64,000 bases of DNA, taken from contig BLSG01000090.1 of the NCBI GenBank assembly GCA_012862495.1, forward strand, positions 120,846 to 184,845, written 5' to 3'. The notes below the pieces were generated by a model. It did not search any database, was not told the origin of the DNA, and worked only from the letters and a program-made list of their open reading frames with translations. Made by a program: the position numbers and the translations under genes. Shown here in pieces: positions 47,449 to 58,852 of the stretch (positions are counted from its first letter, which is position 1; each line of letters begins with the position of its first letter). The stretch comes from Thraustochytrium aureum (taxonomy: Eukaryota).

Positions 47449-48303
47449 TTTTACGTCTCCTGGGTGGCGCAGCTTGCGGCGCTGGCGCTGTTTTTCGTGG
47501 CGTTGCCACCTGCAGTCGCAGACCGGGACGAGCAGTCGCTGGGCCGTCTCGCACGCGAGCAGGGCGTTCGTGCGGCACTCTGCGAGGTGGCCAAGCTGTT
47601 TGCCGCCATGGAGGCGCCTGGCTGGCTCTGGGCAGTCTGGTGGGTCTTTGGCTACTCGGGATGGCTCGTGCTCGGCAACTGGTACCAGGAGGTCGTTTTG
47701 ATGCTCAATCCCACCGCTGCGTTCGGGCTCATCGAGATCGGGATTGAGGTGTGCCAGACAATCGGCGCGGGGCTTGCAGCCCTTCTCGCCACGTCGATTC
47801 TCGCAGCTGCGCGAGCTCCTTCGCTGCTCGTTTCTGTTGGCGTAGCGCAGGGCACAGTGGTGGCGCTGTGTGGCGGTGGCGCGATACTTGACCTCATGCT
47901 TCACAGCGCGAGCTCAAGCGCGGAGGCCGCGACGGTGCTCTCGGCTCGAATGCTGTTGTTTGGGCTGGCGCAGGCGCTCGCGCAGCCTGCTATTGCGCAG
48001 AGCCTCGATCGCCCGTATTATGCGCTTGTTTTCTCCATCAACACCCTTGGAGCTCTTAGTGTTGCGAGCCTCTTCACCGTCGTTGGGGCGAGCTCGGGCT
48101 GGGATGCTGGAACCTGGGTCCTGGTCGTGGCCGTGGGCGGATTTGTGGCTGCTGGTTTCACTTTGGCCCTTGGCTGCGTGCTATGGGCCCGAAAGCGCGG
48201 CGACGTCGAGGCCAAGGATGCCGGTTCGAGCCTGGCTCGCGGTCGCGGCGCGTCGCAGGGCGCGTTCCGCGAGCTCGAGGGCAACGACATGGAGCACATT
48301 TAG
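47449..48303 (+). CDS. SLC19 / reduced-folate-thiamine carrier family MFS transporter (C-terminal half; 5' end in N-gap)
   Basis: About six TM helices; IAQSLDRPYYALVFSINTLGAL resembles the SLC19 YALVFG(I/V)NT motif; WAVWW and NWYQ also fit. Confidence 0.7.
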   Translation, partial: FYVSWVAQLAALALFFVALPPAVADRDEQSLGRLAREQGVRAALCEVAKLFAAMEAPGWLWAVWWVFGYSGWLVLGNWYQEVVLMLNPTAAFGLIEIGIEVCQTIGAGLAALLATSILAAARAPSLLVSVGVAQGTVVALCGGGAILDLMLHSASSSAEAATVLSARMLLFGLAQALAQPAIAQSLDRPYYALVFSINTLGALSVASLFTVVGASSGWDAGTWVLVVAVGGFVAAGFTLALGCVLWARKRGDVEAKDAGSSLARGRGASQGAFRELEGNDMEHI

Positions 48304-49075
48304 CTGTGCGGCCAGCGCTCCTTGCAGCGGCGCTGGAGCTCCTCCCTCTCCTCTGGCGTCGCAGGGAGCCTGTTGAGCGGCGAGGCACTCGCTTGCCTTT
48401 CCTTGTCCGTCATGCCGGCGACAATCGCTCGGTGCGCCTCCATCTCTGCCTGCGCTGTCTCCACTTTCACGTCCACCGCTGCCGCGCGCCTCGCTCCGCC
48501 TCCGCCTCGCTCGCTCGCCCGCTCGCCCGCTCGCGCGGGGAGCTTCTGCTGGCGGGTCAGAGTGAGTTTCAGAGTCTTTTCATGCCGGCTGCGGCCGAGC
48601 TGCTGGATACGGGCGGCGCCTGCACCGGCCGCGTCTGGGACGTCTTCACAAACCGCACGCGTGGTCCACGGACCGCCCCCTGAAGTCGTCAAAGCCCGAA
48701 GCCGCTTAGTCCATTGAACTGGTTTGTTTTTGCTTCCATGCCTGCCTGCCTGTCTGTCGTGTCTGTCCTTCACGACTGCCGCGTTGCAAGGGTTCACCGT
48801 CGGCGAAAGGACAAAGAGATGCTTTTGCTTTTGCGAACTACTAGATCCCAACTTTCCGGCGCAAGTACGGTGGGCCTTCCAGGTCAGCGTGCACTTTGCT
48901 TCGGAGGGTTCCAATGGGGTCGAAACCCGCCAACCTGCCGGCCACGGCCAGTGCAAGGACGGCGGCGAAGACCTGAGCAGGAGCACACGCAACCGGCGCA
49001 CATGTGCAGTTTCTGTGAACAACGGAAAACCATGCGCACAAAAGCGCAGTCCTCTGTTTGTTTCCGGTCGAGAAC

Positions 49076-50109
49076 TCACACGTTGTCAAAGTCCGTCGCG
49101 TCAACCTCCATTGCACTCGGTTGTGCCCCACTGAGGATGTTGCGCAACGAGCGGCCCTGCGACGACAGCGAACGCAACGGCGTCGCAGGCAGGCGCGCGT
49201 ACTGCGTAATCCAACGGTGGTTGAGGATCTCCTCCGTGCCGAATCGAGCGGTCGGGTTGCGCGTAAGCATTTGCTGGATAAGGTTTTTGGCGTCATCGGA
49301 GATCGAGTCCCAGGCCTCGTCGTTAAAGTCCCACTCGNNNNNNNNNNNNNNNNNNNNNNNNNNNNNNNNNNNNNNNNNNNNNNNNNNNNNNNNNNNNNNN
49401 NNNNNNNNNNNNNNNNNNNNNNNNNNNNNNNNNNNNNNNNNNNNNNNNNNNNNNNNNNNNNNNNNNNNNNNNNNNNNNNNNNNNNNNNNNNNNNNNNNNN
49501 NNNNNNNNNNNNNNNNNNNNNNNNNNNNNNNNNNNNNNNNNNNNNNNNNNNNNNNNNNNNNNNNNNNNNNNNNNNNNNNNNNNNNNNNNNNNNNNNNNNN
49601 NNNNNNNNNNNNNNNNNNNNNNNNNNNNNNNNNNNNNNNNNNNNNNNNNNNNNNNNNNNNNNNNNNNNNNNNNNNNNNNNNNNNNNNNNNNNNNNNNNNN
49701 NNNNNNNNNNNNNNNNNNNNNNNNNNNNNNNNNNNNNNNNNNNNNNNNNNNNNNNNNNNNNNNNNNNNNNNNNNNNNNNNNNNNNNNNNNNNNNNNNNNN
49801 NNNNNNNNNNNNNNNNNNNNNNNNNNNNNNNNNNNNNNNNNNNNNNNNNNNNNNNNNNNNNNNNNNNNNNNNNNNNNNNNNNNNNNNNNNNNNNNNNNNN
49901 NNNNNNNNNNNNNNNNNNNNNNNNNNNNNNNNNNNNNNNNNNNNNNNNNNNNNNNNNNNNNNNNNNNNNNNNNNNNNNNNNNNNNNNNNNNNNNNNNNNN
50001 NNNNNNNNNNNNNNNNNNNNNNNNNNNNNNNNNNNNNNNNNNNNNNNNNNNNNNNNNNNNNNNNNNNNNNNNNNNNNNNNNNNNNNNTCCCCGGCGCCGC
50101 GTTTCCCAT
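49076..50109 (-). CDS. CAMK-group Ser/Thr protein kinase (most of the catalytic domain is in the N-gap)
   Basis: Kinase subdomains X-XI: WDFNDEAWDSISDDAKNLIQQMLTRNPTARFGTEEILNHRWI, then LPATPL (MAPKAPK-like). aagATG MGNAAPG before a 750-nt gap that would fit the rest of a kinase domain. A possible GTGAGT donor at 49079 could extend the gene. Confidence 0.7.
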
Positions 50110-50954
50110 CTTATCTTTCAGAAAGGAGAAAATTTTGCCTGCTCGCGTAGCGCCGCTTCACACGGCCTCCACGCGCCCGCACGCGCCCCCCTTCTCGTGC
50201 CTTCCTTCGCGCGGCGCTCGCTCGCTCGCTCGCTCGCTCTCGCGGCCTGCCAGGCTGCGTCAGTATCCACCGCTCGCCTCGACACTTGGCGCGAAGACTG
50301 CGCGCGCCACAACAGCAGGACCTCCGGGCGGCTCCGCTCAGGTTCAACAACTCCGCTCAGGGCGCCTCGCTTCAGCCGCAGCTGCTGCCAGCTGCTCCTG
50401 CTGCGCCGGTTGCTGCACTGCCTGCGGCTGCTGCGCCCTCACCCTCCTCTTGTTCTCCTCCTGTTCTCTTCTTCTCCTGATCTATCCTAACACTGATTGT
50501 CACTTTTTCGGCCCTTGAGGGGGCCAAGTCAGCTCCTCTCCGTCAGGAAAAACAATAAAGCTAGGTACGAAATCGAACGAAATTGTGCCAAAAAAAAGTT
50601 CAGACAAAGTGCAACTGACAGGCCGTCCTTGGAGATAGGGATTGTTCGTTTGTACCTCGTGAGGCGAGCGAAAACTTGCCTCTAGTGTAACTGTGTGGAC
50701 GTGATGATGTTTTTTTCTGATCAGGAGAAGGACATGACGATCTTCTGTGAATCTGTTCCGCGAGGAGCCCCTGCCTGCGGCTTGGCTCCAGCGATTCGGG
50801 GACATGGTGATGCGGAGGAACGCGACGACGGGTGCCGCCGGCGCGATCGAGGCAAGGATGGAAGGGATGGACAAAGTACAATTGGGTTTGGTTGTGGTCG
50901 TTTCCAATGTTGATCAGACGCCGAATCGAGCGCCAGCCAGCTCGCTGTGTTTAC

Positions 50955-51465
50955 TTACTCCTTGGGCGCGACCGCCGCGGAGTGCTTGGGGTACTCCATC
51001 TGGCTGATGTCAAAGCCCGCCTTCTTGCCGAGCTCCTTCGCAGCCTCCATGGTCGACTCGTCCAGCGTGGTTTCGCGGCTCATGACCCAAAACCACGAGC
51101 GCGAGCGGTGCCCCCACCACAACCCACGAGTAGTCCTCCGCGAGGTCCATGATCGTGTAGTCGAGCTTTAGGGGCCAGAAAGGGCTCGCGAGCCAGTGGC
51201 CGCTGCTCGTTGGGTAGCCCCCCGTGTAGATCTTCTGCGGGATCGACTTGATCGGCCCGTCGAGCGAGCCTTGGTTGAGCGTGAAGTCGACGTCGATCCG
51301 CTTATTCTTCGCGTCCCAGGTGTACTTTTCTGTCGGGTTGAACCCCCCCTTCTCGAACGGCGTGGGCACCACACCGATCACGTACCAGGTCCCGAGCATC
51401 CTGTTGACGTCAACGCTCTCGACGGCGTTGAGCGGCGGGCGCAAGCAGCTGCACAGCAGCCCCAT
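50955..51465 (-). CDS. Lipocalin, bacterial Blc/ApoD-like; frameshift near 51112
   Basis: SCR1 VDVNRMLGTWYVI, PTPFEKG, FWPLKLDYTIMDLAEDYSWVVVG; SCR3 WFWVMSR after removing one G from a G5 run; stop at 50955. Confidence 0.88.
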
Positions 51466-52363
51466 TTTGCACTCTCCGAACGCGAGCGGCACCGCGAGAC
51501 GCACGAAGCCTACGAGCGCGAAGACGACGAGCACGACCTTCGCAAGGCGACGCGCGGGGCTGCTCCTCTCGCTGGCGCTCGCCGACAGCTGCGGCTTGGG
51601 CACGAGAGGTGCAGTGCCGTCCCGCTGCATCCAAAACCACCAGAGTCTAGGACGCGTTGTAGGCGCTGTTCCTCCCCGAACGCTCCTCAACGGCCGGCCG
51701 TTCAAGTCCTCGTTCGCGAGAGCAGGTCTTGGTGTCCCGAGCGTTCCGTGTCTGTCCACGCGGCCGAGCCGCGTCGAGCAGGGTAAGTTTCCGTCGCCGC
51801 CTTTTCCTTGCTCGCCCGAGCAAGGATGGCGGTGTGCCTCACTCCACGGAGTGGATTCGTTTGTTTCGCGCAAGGCCCACACTGCACACGGCATCAAGGG
51901 TCAAGAGCACTTCAAGCGCGCAGAGGGCGCAACGAGCAAACCTTTCATCTGATGCAGCGAGCTCGAGCAGGATGGCTGGGAGGGGAGAGACGCAAAAGGG
52001 ACAGACGCCTTGTTGGGTGGTTGTTGGTCGTGCAACTTTTGCGACGACTCCGAGCTCGCGGGGATCAAAAGCGAGCCGAGCAGAGCAACCTCCAGCTCTG
52101 CTAGCTCTGGCTAGAGCCGGTCGCTCTGCTTTCGGGCCGAGCGAAGGCTCCGGGTCCCGAGCTGAGGCGTCGGCGCTCGACTTGGTCGAGAGGGAGTCGG
52201 ATCCTCCTTGGTTGCACGTAGAGCGTGACGAGCCGTGCAGCGCGTTCATTCTTCGACGCCACTCCCAGGACGTAGGGAGGAGGACGGGACACTGCAGGTT
52301 CGGTTCATTGGCTTCCGAAACGAACGGCTCCGCAGGAGCTTGGTCGCCGGCGCTGCCAAACGT

Positions 52364-53092
52364 TTACGATCCGGGCTGCGATCTTGCAGCAGCAACCGAG
52401 TCTCGCCAGCGCGTGAGGTAAACGAGTTTCAANNNNNNNNNNNNNNNNNNNNNNNNNNNNNNNNNNNNNNNNNNNNNNNNNNNNNNNNNNNNNNNNNNNN
52501 NNNNNNNNNNNNNNNNNNNNNNNNNNNNNNNNNNNNNNNNNNNNNNNNNNAATGGAAACTGTGCAAGTCCGTGGCCTGCTGCGCCAGGCTGCGGCGCCGC
52601 GCGGCCTTCGTTTTGCCGTGGGAACTGAAAGTTAGGAGCCTGGACGGCCGAGCCCCCACCGACACATCTAGGCTTTCCAGACCAACTTACCTCGTACGTG
52701 AGCTCGGCCCACGCCGCAATGCAGAGCCGCGCCAGGCCGCGCGCCTCGGCAGCCGACTGGACGGCCAACGCCCAGGCCTGGTAGGCTCGGCGCTTCCGAC
52801 CAAGATCAATCGTCTCGACCTTGAAGCGGCATGCAGCTACGCAAATGTACCTGTGCCGCCGGCGCCGCTCTGCTATCCGCGCCCAGGCCCCGAAGCTCGC
52901 TTTGACGAGGTGCGTCGCGCGCTCGAAGCGACCCCACGCTTGCCCCCCGTCCTCTTTCGTGCTGGGCGACGGCTCAGCGAACCGGACGCGCTTGACGCTC
53001 GGCGCGCCCGCTCCCTCCACGCATTGCCTCCCGTCAGGACCTTGCTGGCTCCGAAGACTGGGACGCAGCGCACGTGCTGCAGTTGCGTCCAT
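52364..53092 (-). CDS. Hypothetical protein with RVxF motif and Sfi1-like Trp repeats; probable intron 52625-52690; 3' end uncertain
   Basis: MDATAARALRPSLR...KRVRF...KASFGAWAR...RRAYQAWAL...LCIAAWAE; GTAAGT donor and CTAAC...TTTCAG acceptor; YLTRWRD after the gap. Confidence 0.45.
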   Translation of the reverse strand: MDATAARALRPSLRSQQGPDGRQCVEGAGAPSVKRVRFAEPSPSTKEDGGQAWGRFERATHLVKASFGAWARIAERRRRHRYICVAACRFKVETIDLGRKRRAYQAWALAVQSAAEARGLARLCIAAWAELTYEVSWSGKPRCVGGGSAVQAPNFQFPRQNEGRAAPQPGAAGHGLAQFPXXXXXXXXXXXXXXXXXXXXXXXXXXXXXXXXXXXXXXXXLKLVYLTRWRDSVAAARSQPGS

Positions 53093-53151
53093 CGCAGCGC
53101 AGCATCGCAGGTCGTCCTGCCTCCCGCCTTCGCCCCTGCTCGGCTTGACGC

Positions 53152-53152
<1 letters not shown>

Positions 53153-53191
<39 letters not shown>
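53153..53191. repeat. (CAG)13 microsatellite in a divergent intergenic region
   Basis: 13 perfect cag triplets. Confidence 0.92.
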
Positions 53192-53195
<4 letters not shown>

Positions 53196-53489
53196 CGGCG
53201 ACCGACCGACCCGAGCGCCGAGGCAGCGCGCCGAGGCAGTGCGGTGTGGCGCAACCTGTGACCTGTGCGACCTCTGCGATCAGCGACCACTTTTGATTTC
53301 CATTGTGGGGAAGGGCGCGTGTGGAGCTGGCTGAAGAAGCAAAAGCCCAGCCCTCGCGCGCGCTCTCTCTTCGCGGCGACACTTGGCTAGGAGAGTCGGT
53401 GGGACCCTCTGCGCACCGAGCAAACGGGCTGTCATCCGCGGGTCCAGCGCTTCGACACGGCCAAAGACCGGCCGACAAGGGCAGGAAGG

Positions 53490-54092
53490 ATGGCAGGCGT
53501 CGTCGCTGCCGCCTCGAATCGGGCGATCACCTTTGTGACGGGCAACGCGAAGAAGCTCGAAGAGGTGCGCGCCATCATGGGCGCGTCGATTGCGCTCGAG
53601 AGCCGCGCGCTGGAGCTTCCCGAGCTGCAGGGCGAACCGGAGGACGTCGCGAGAGCCAAGTGCAAGCTTGCTCAGGACCAGGTCGACGGGCCCGTTCTCG
53701 TGGAGGACACGAGCCTTTGCTTCAACGCGCTCGGCGGCCTCCCTGGGGTCTACATCAAGTGGTTTTTGGAGAAGACGGGGCACGAGGGGCTCAACAATCT
53801 CCTGGCCGCCTACGAGGACAAGTCTGCATATGCCCAGTGCATCTTCGCGCTCTCAGAGGGCAAGGGCACGCCAGAGGCTGATATCCGGGTCTTTGTCGGT
53901 CGCTGCCAGGGCAAGATTGTCCCAGCGCGCGGGCCAGCTGACTTCGGCTGGGACCCCGTCTTCGAGCCCGACGGTCAAGTTCAGACCTTTGCCGAAATGC
54001 CCAAGGCGTTGAAGAACGCGATCTCACATCGGTCTCTGGCGCTCGACTTGCTGCGCAAATACCTGGTCGAGGCCAGGGCGAGCGAGCAGTGA
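53490..54092 (+). CDS. ITPA: Inosine triphosphate pyrophosphatase (HAM1 family)
   Basis: [56 protein letters not shown]. Confidence 0.97.
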   Translation: MAGVVAAASNRAITFVTGNAKKLEEVRAIMGASIALESRALELPELQGEPEDVARAKCKLAQDQVDGPVLVEDTSLCFNALGGLPGVYIKWFLEKTGHEGLNNLLAAYEDKSAYAQCIFALSEGKGTPEADIRVFVGRCQGKIVPARGPADFGWDPVFEPDGQVQTFAEMPKALKNAISHRSLALDLLRKYLVEARASEQ

Positions 54093-54192
54093 CCTGACGT
54101 TTCTCAGACGGCTTGCGTCGTGGGTGACCTGACGTTTCTCAGACGGCTTGCGTCGTGGGTGACCTGACGTTTCTCAGACGGCTTGCGTCGTG
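54089..54192 (+). repeat. 35-bp tandem repeat, three copies, starting at the ITPA stop codon
   Basis: gtgacctgacgtttctcagacggcttgcgtcgtgg at 54089, 54124 and 54159. Confidence 0.95.
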
Positions 54193-55409
54193 CGTGCGAG
54201 TTCGATTCGCCTCTTGCTGGTCGCGCCGCCGCAGCCGCGCACGGCCGCGGCGCTCGGCCTTTCTCTAGCTAGCTAGTGGAGTTGAGAGGAAGAACAAGGC
54301 AAGGCACTGGAGCCAGATGGCCAGCCGTCCCGTTCAGTTCGCTGTCCGTTTCTGGGTTGTTGAGTCGTCGCGGCAAAGCGCGGTATCTTTTGGGCCTCGC
54401 TCGAAGGAGGATCCAACCTCGTTGCTTTCACATGGAGGAGAGCAAGCCGCCCTTGGAGGAGAGCTCGCTCTGATCTCCGAAGCCTCTGTCCGCCAACCTC
54501 AACGGATCTCCAACCGCACAACCAACAGCCAATCAACGCCAGCGGACCTGAGCTGGCGCCACCGCATCGCTCGCGCCCCGCGCCTTCAGACAGGCCNNNN
54601 NNNNNNNNNNNNNNNNNNNNNNNNNNNNNNNNNNNNNNNNNNNNNNNNNNNNNNNNNNNNNNNNNNNNNNNNNNNNNNNNNNNNNNNNNNNNNNNNNNNN
54701 NNNNNNNNNNNNNNNNNNNNNNNNNNNNNNNNNNNNNNNNNNNNNNNNNNNNNNNNNNNNNNNNNNNNNNNNNNNNNNNNNNNNNNNNNNNNNNNNNNNN
54801 NNNNNNNNNNNNNNNNNNNNNNNNNNNNNNNNNNNNNNNNNNNNNNNNNNNNNNNNNNNNNNNNNNNNNNNNNNNNNNNNNNNNNNNNNNNNNNNNNNNN
54901 NNNNNNNNNNNNNNNNNNNNNNNNNNNNNNNNNNNNNNNNNNNNNNNNNNNNNNNNNNNNNNNNNNNNNNNNNNNNNNNNNNNNNNNNNNNNNNNNNNNN
55001 NNNNNNNNNNNNNNNNNNNNNNNNNNNNNNNNNNNNNNNNNNNNNNNNNNNNNNNNNNNNNNNNNNNNNNNNNNNNNNNNNNNNNNNNNNNNNNNNNNNN
55101 NNNNNNNNNNNNNNNNNNNNNNNNNNNNNNNNNNNNNNNNNNNNNNNNNNNNNNNNNNNNNNNNNNNNNNNNNNNNNNNNNNNNNNNNNNNNNNNNNNNN
55201 NNNNNNNNNNNNNNNNNNNNNNNNNNNNNNNNNNNNNNNNNNNNNNNNNNNNNNNNNNNNNNNNNNNNNNNNNNNNNNNNNNNNNNNNNNNNNNNNNNNN
55301 NNNNNNNNNNNNNNNNNNNNNNNNNNNNNNNNNNNNNNNNNNNNNNNNNNNNNNNNNNNNNNNNNNNNNNNNNNNNNNNNNNNNNNNNNNNNNNNNNNNN
55401 NNNNNNNNN

Positions 55410-58400
55410 GGTGGACCGCGGCCTGGTCCACGCCGCCTTCCAGCACCACGTCGTCGGCCGCGACGGAGCGCGCAAGCTCGACGCCCAAGGCGACCCCGAT
55501 TGCTTGTTTTATCTGCGCGCAAGCAAGTCTGTGGCTTTTGCCAGCACCTGCGGCGGGTCCCTCTCGGGACTGTTCGCCGTCTCTGACTCGATGAGGCTGC
55601 GGGTGCTGGGTGCAGAGAGGCACGCGGCGGCGCTGGCGGATGGCGGCAGGGCCCGCGTCAAGTCGCTCGTATACCGCGACGACGCGCCAATAGACGACGA
55701 GTGGTCGTGCGGCAGCCACGACACCGAAGAGGGGGGCGATAGGCTTGTTAGTGGAAGCGGTCACGGAGGGGACCACGGCCACTTGCGCCCTGAGCATGCC
55801 GGCCCGCACAAGCTCGCCGCCTCCGCGGCCCCCGCGGTGAGCGGGGAGCGCGCATTACAGGAGGCGCTGGTGGTCGGCAGCGCCATCAAGTACATCAAAA
55901 TGCTCATCGTCAACGACAAGGAGCGGTACGCGCAATTAGGCGACAACACGCACGCCGACACGCTGGAGATTCTCAGTATCGTCCAGCGGGACCTTATGTC
56001 GCGCTTCAACAGCAAGAGCGTGTATAAACTTCAAATTGAAGTGGTGGGCATGATTAGCTTTTCGCACGGCGACCCGTGGGGCAGCGTCGCGCAAAGCTCG
56101 AGCGGGGAGTCGGACCAGAACGACCTCCTGCGAAAGTTTTCCGCATGGAGAGCAAACCAGATTCGTGCCCAAGGGGTTCCCGAGCACGGCGTCGCACACC
56201 TATTGTCTGGCAAGAGCTTCAACGGAACCGTTGTCGGCCTCGCCAACCTCCGCACCCTCTGCAGCAACACGGCCGGGACGGGCGTCATCCAGGCCAAAGG
56301 CTTCACGAAGGATACCGCAGCTAGGATCGTAGCGCACGAGCTGATGCACAACCTCGGCTCGTACCACACCAACCAGTTCAGGCCCGGCACGCTGGTGCCC
56401 AATGCCTGCTCGTCCGGCTTCATCATGGACCCGGCGGGCATCCGCCAGGACGACTGGTCCGAGTGCACGGTCAACTGGGTCCGCATGTCGTTCAACAACC
56501 GCAACACGCCTGATGGCTGCGCGGGCAGCGACTCGTGCGTCGTCCCCACGTATGGAAAGGCCTTCCCGCGCTGCGCCGAGACGCGCGCGGAGCGAGTGTA
56601 CACGCTCTCGCCGTCCTGCGGCAACGGAATCAAGGAGGCGGACGAGGAGTGCGACTGCGGCGCGGACAACTGCGGCGCGCTCGACCCCTGCTGCGATGGG
56701 GCCACCTGCAAGCTGCTGGAAAGCGCGGTCTGCAGCGCGGATGACGCCTGTTGCGACAAGGCGACCTGCCGGCCCGTCGCGCGCTCGGCCAACAGGGTGT
56801 GCAGACCGCACAACTTGGCTGGTCGCACTCCAGAGTGCGACGTCCAAGAGGTATGCAACGGCGTAGACTCGAGCTGTCCGCGCGACCTGTTCGCGCCGAC
56901 GGGCGCCTCGTGTGAAAACGGGGAAGGGGCCTGCTACGCCGGCGAGTGCCAGTCCCACGCTGCACAGTGCAGGTCGAAAGGATGGCAGCCGTGCTTGGCA
57001 AACAATTTTGACGATGGAGACGAGGGCTGNNNNNNNNNNNNNNNNNNNNNNNNNNNNNNNNNNNNNNNNNNNNNNNNNNNNNNNNNNNNNNNNNNNNNNN
57101 NNNNNNNNNNNNNNNNNNNNNNNNNNNNNNNNNNNNNNNNNNNNNNNNNNNNNNNNNNNNNNNNNNNNNNNNNNNNNNNNNNNNNNNNNNNNNNNNNNNN
57201 NNNNNNNNNNNNNNNNNNNNNNNNNNNNNNNNNNNNNNNNNNNNNNNNNNNNNNNNNNNNNNNNNNNNNNNNNNNNNNNNNNNNNNNNNNNNNNNNNNNN
57301 NNNNNNNNNNNTGCCACAACGCCAAGTGTGTCAACTGACCCTTGTGCCGCTCCCGATCGGGCTCACTTGCTCGAACGGTGTGCAGGACGAACTCGAAACG
57401 GACGTGGATTGCGGAGGGCCAGCCTGCCTTCCGTGCATGCCGCGGGAAAAGTGCCTTGTGGATTCCGACTGCTTTGGTACGGACGTGCAACCAGGCCGGT
57501 GCAACGCGCCTACGAGTGCGCCGACCTCGGCGCCCACAATCCGCGAGTTCTTGCGCCCGCTCGGGCAAACGTGCAAGGACTTGGGCTCTGCGTCCGCTTG
57601 CGACGAGTACTCTGGGTGTATTTGGCTCGAGGAGTTTGCCCTTTGCAAAGACTCGGGCTGGTTCCCGGACAGGAAGAAGGACTGCTCGCGCAGCGAGTTT
57701 GACTCGAGCTGCTGCGACTCGCAAAAGTCAAAGTCTTCGTGCATCAACTGGCTCATGTGCGTCTGGGACGAGGGCGTTGAGGTTTGCAACGTCAACCCTC
57801 TGGAACTTGCAAGCGGCAACGCAAGTGCGGCTGCACCTCCCACAGAGCGCGTCGTTGGCACTTGTCGCGAATACACGAGCGGTGGCGGGGACGGGGACGG
57901 GGACAGCGGCGGCTCTACACTAGAGCACATCTTGACCTTTTGGGCCATAATTGAGAAGCACCTCCCCATCATCTTGGGGGGGGTCGGCGCTGCGGTGCTT
58001 CTCGGCTCCGCTGCTGCCTTTTGCATTTGCATGCGGCACTGTAGCGCCGACGGCAAGGCGCGTCGCAAGGCCGCCGCCGCGCGGGATCGCCAGCGCCGCG
58101 CTAGTAGTTCGTCCTCCAGCGTGTCGTCGGCAGCAACCATTCCGGCGCCCTCGCGCTCTTCGGCATCTCTCGCTCCTGTCGGGCATCCCAGCTCGGCTTC
58201 GATGCCTTTGCCGATGCCTGTTCGAGCGCCTGCGGCCGCCGCACCGGTCTCCCCGCTTCGCCCGTGCCCGGCCTGCATGGTACACTTTTCGAACGCCTCG
58301 AACGTCGGCGGGCTCTGCAACGCCTGCGACAGGAAACACAACGGGGCGCTGGCGCCCGCGGCGGGGCCGAGCGGCTTGCCAAGGATGACGTCGTTTGCTA

Positions 58401-58654
58401 GCTCGCCTCCTTCTCGGTCGCCGCCCTCCCGGTCGACGCAGGTCGACGACTCTGGTATTCCGATGGGCGGCGTCATCCCTGTTGCACGCGCGGTATCGCC
58501 CGACGAGAGGTTTGCGCCGTCGGCGCCGCCAGCTCAAGTCGGACTGCACGTGAACACTGGCCATGGAAGGCGCACGTCCACAATGGCGGAGGGCGAGCAG
58601 ACCAATGCGAATGGCTTTCGCACTCGTAGCAAGGAGAATCTGACATGCTCGTAG
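55410..58654 (+). CDS. ADAM-family membrane metalloprotease (prodomain, reprolysin, disintegrin, Cys-rich, TM, Pro/Ser-rich tail); 5' end in gap, internal gap 57029-57311
   Basis: Cys-switch WSCG; zinc motif HELMHNLGSYH; Met-turn FIMDP; disintegrin CGNGIKEADEECDCG...ECDVQEVCNG; TM IILGGVGAAVLLGSAAAFCIC. Confidence 0.9.
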
Positions 58655-58852
58655 CGAGCTCTGGGCTGCCGGTTTTCTTTTTGGCGCGGTCCGCGTTATG
58701 GCGCTGTGATGATCTGATCTTATTGGGGAAACCACGGAGAAGACCGTGCCAAAAACTAGCTGCCTGCTTGGGCGGCATGGACCGAGCCATCTCTGCGTGC
58801 GACAGAGGCCTTATCTTCTCTGTGTAAACATTGAAACCTTTTTTTTGACTAC

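Noticed and set aside
54089..54192. 35-bp repeats as a CRISPR array
   Set aside because: Copies are contiguous with no spacers, there are no cas genes, and the context is eukaryotic
53490..54192. Selenocysteine read-through of the ITPA UGA with the repeat as a SECIS
   Set aside because: ITPA is full length at the stop, another in-frame TGA follows one codon later, and no SECIS core is evident
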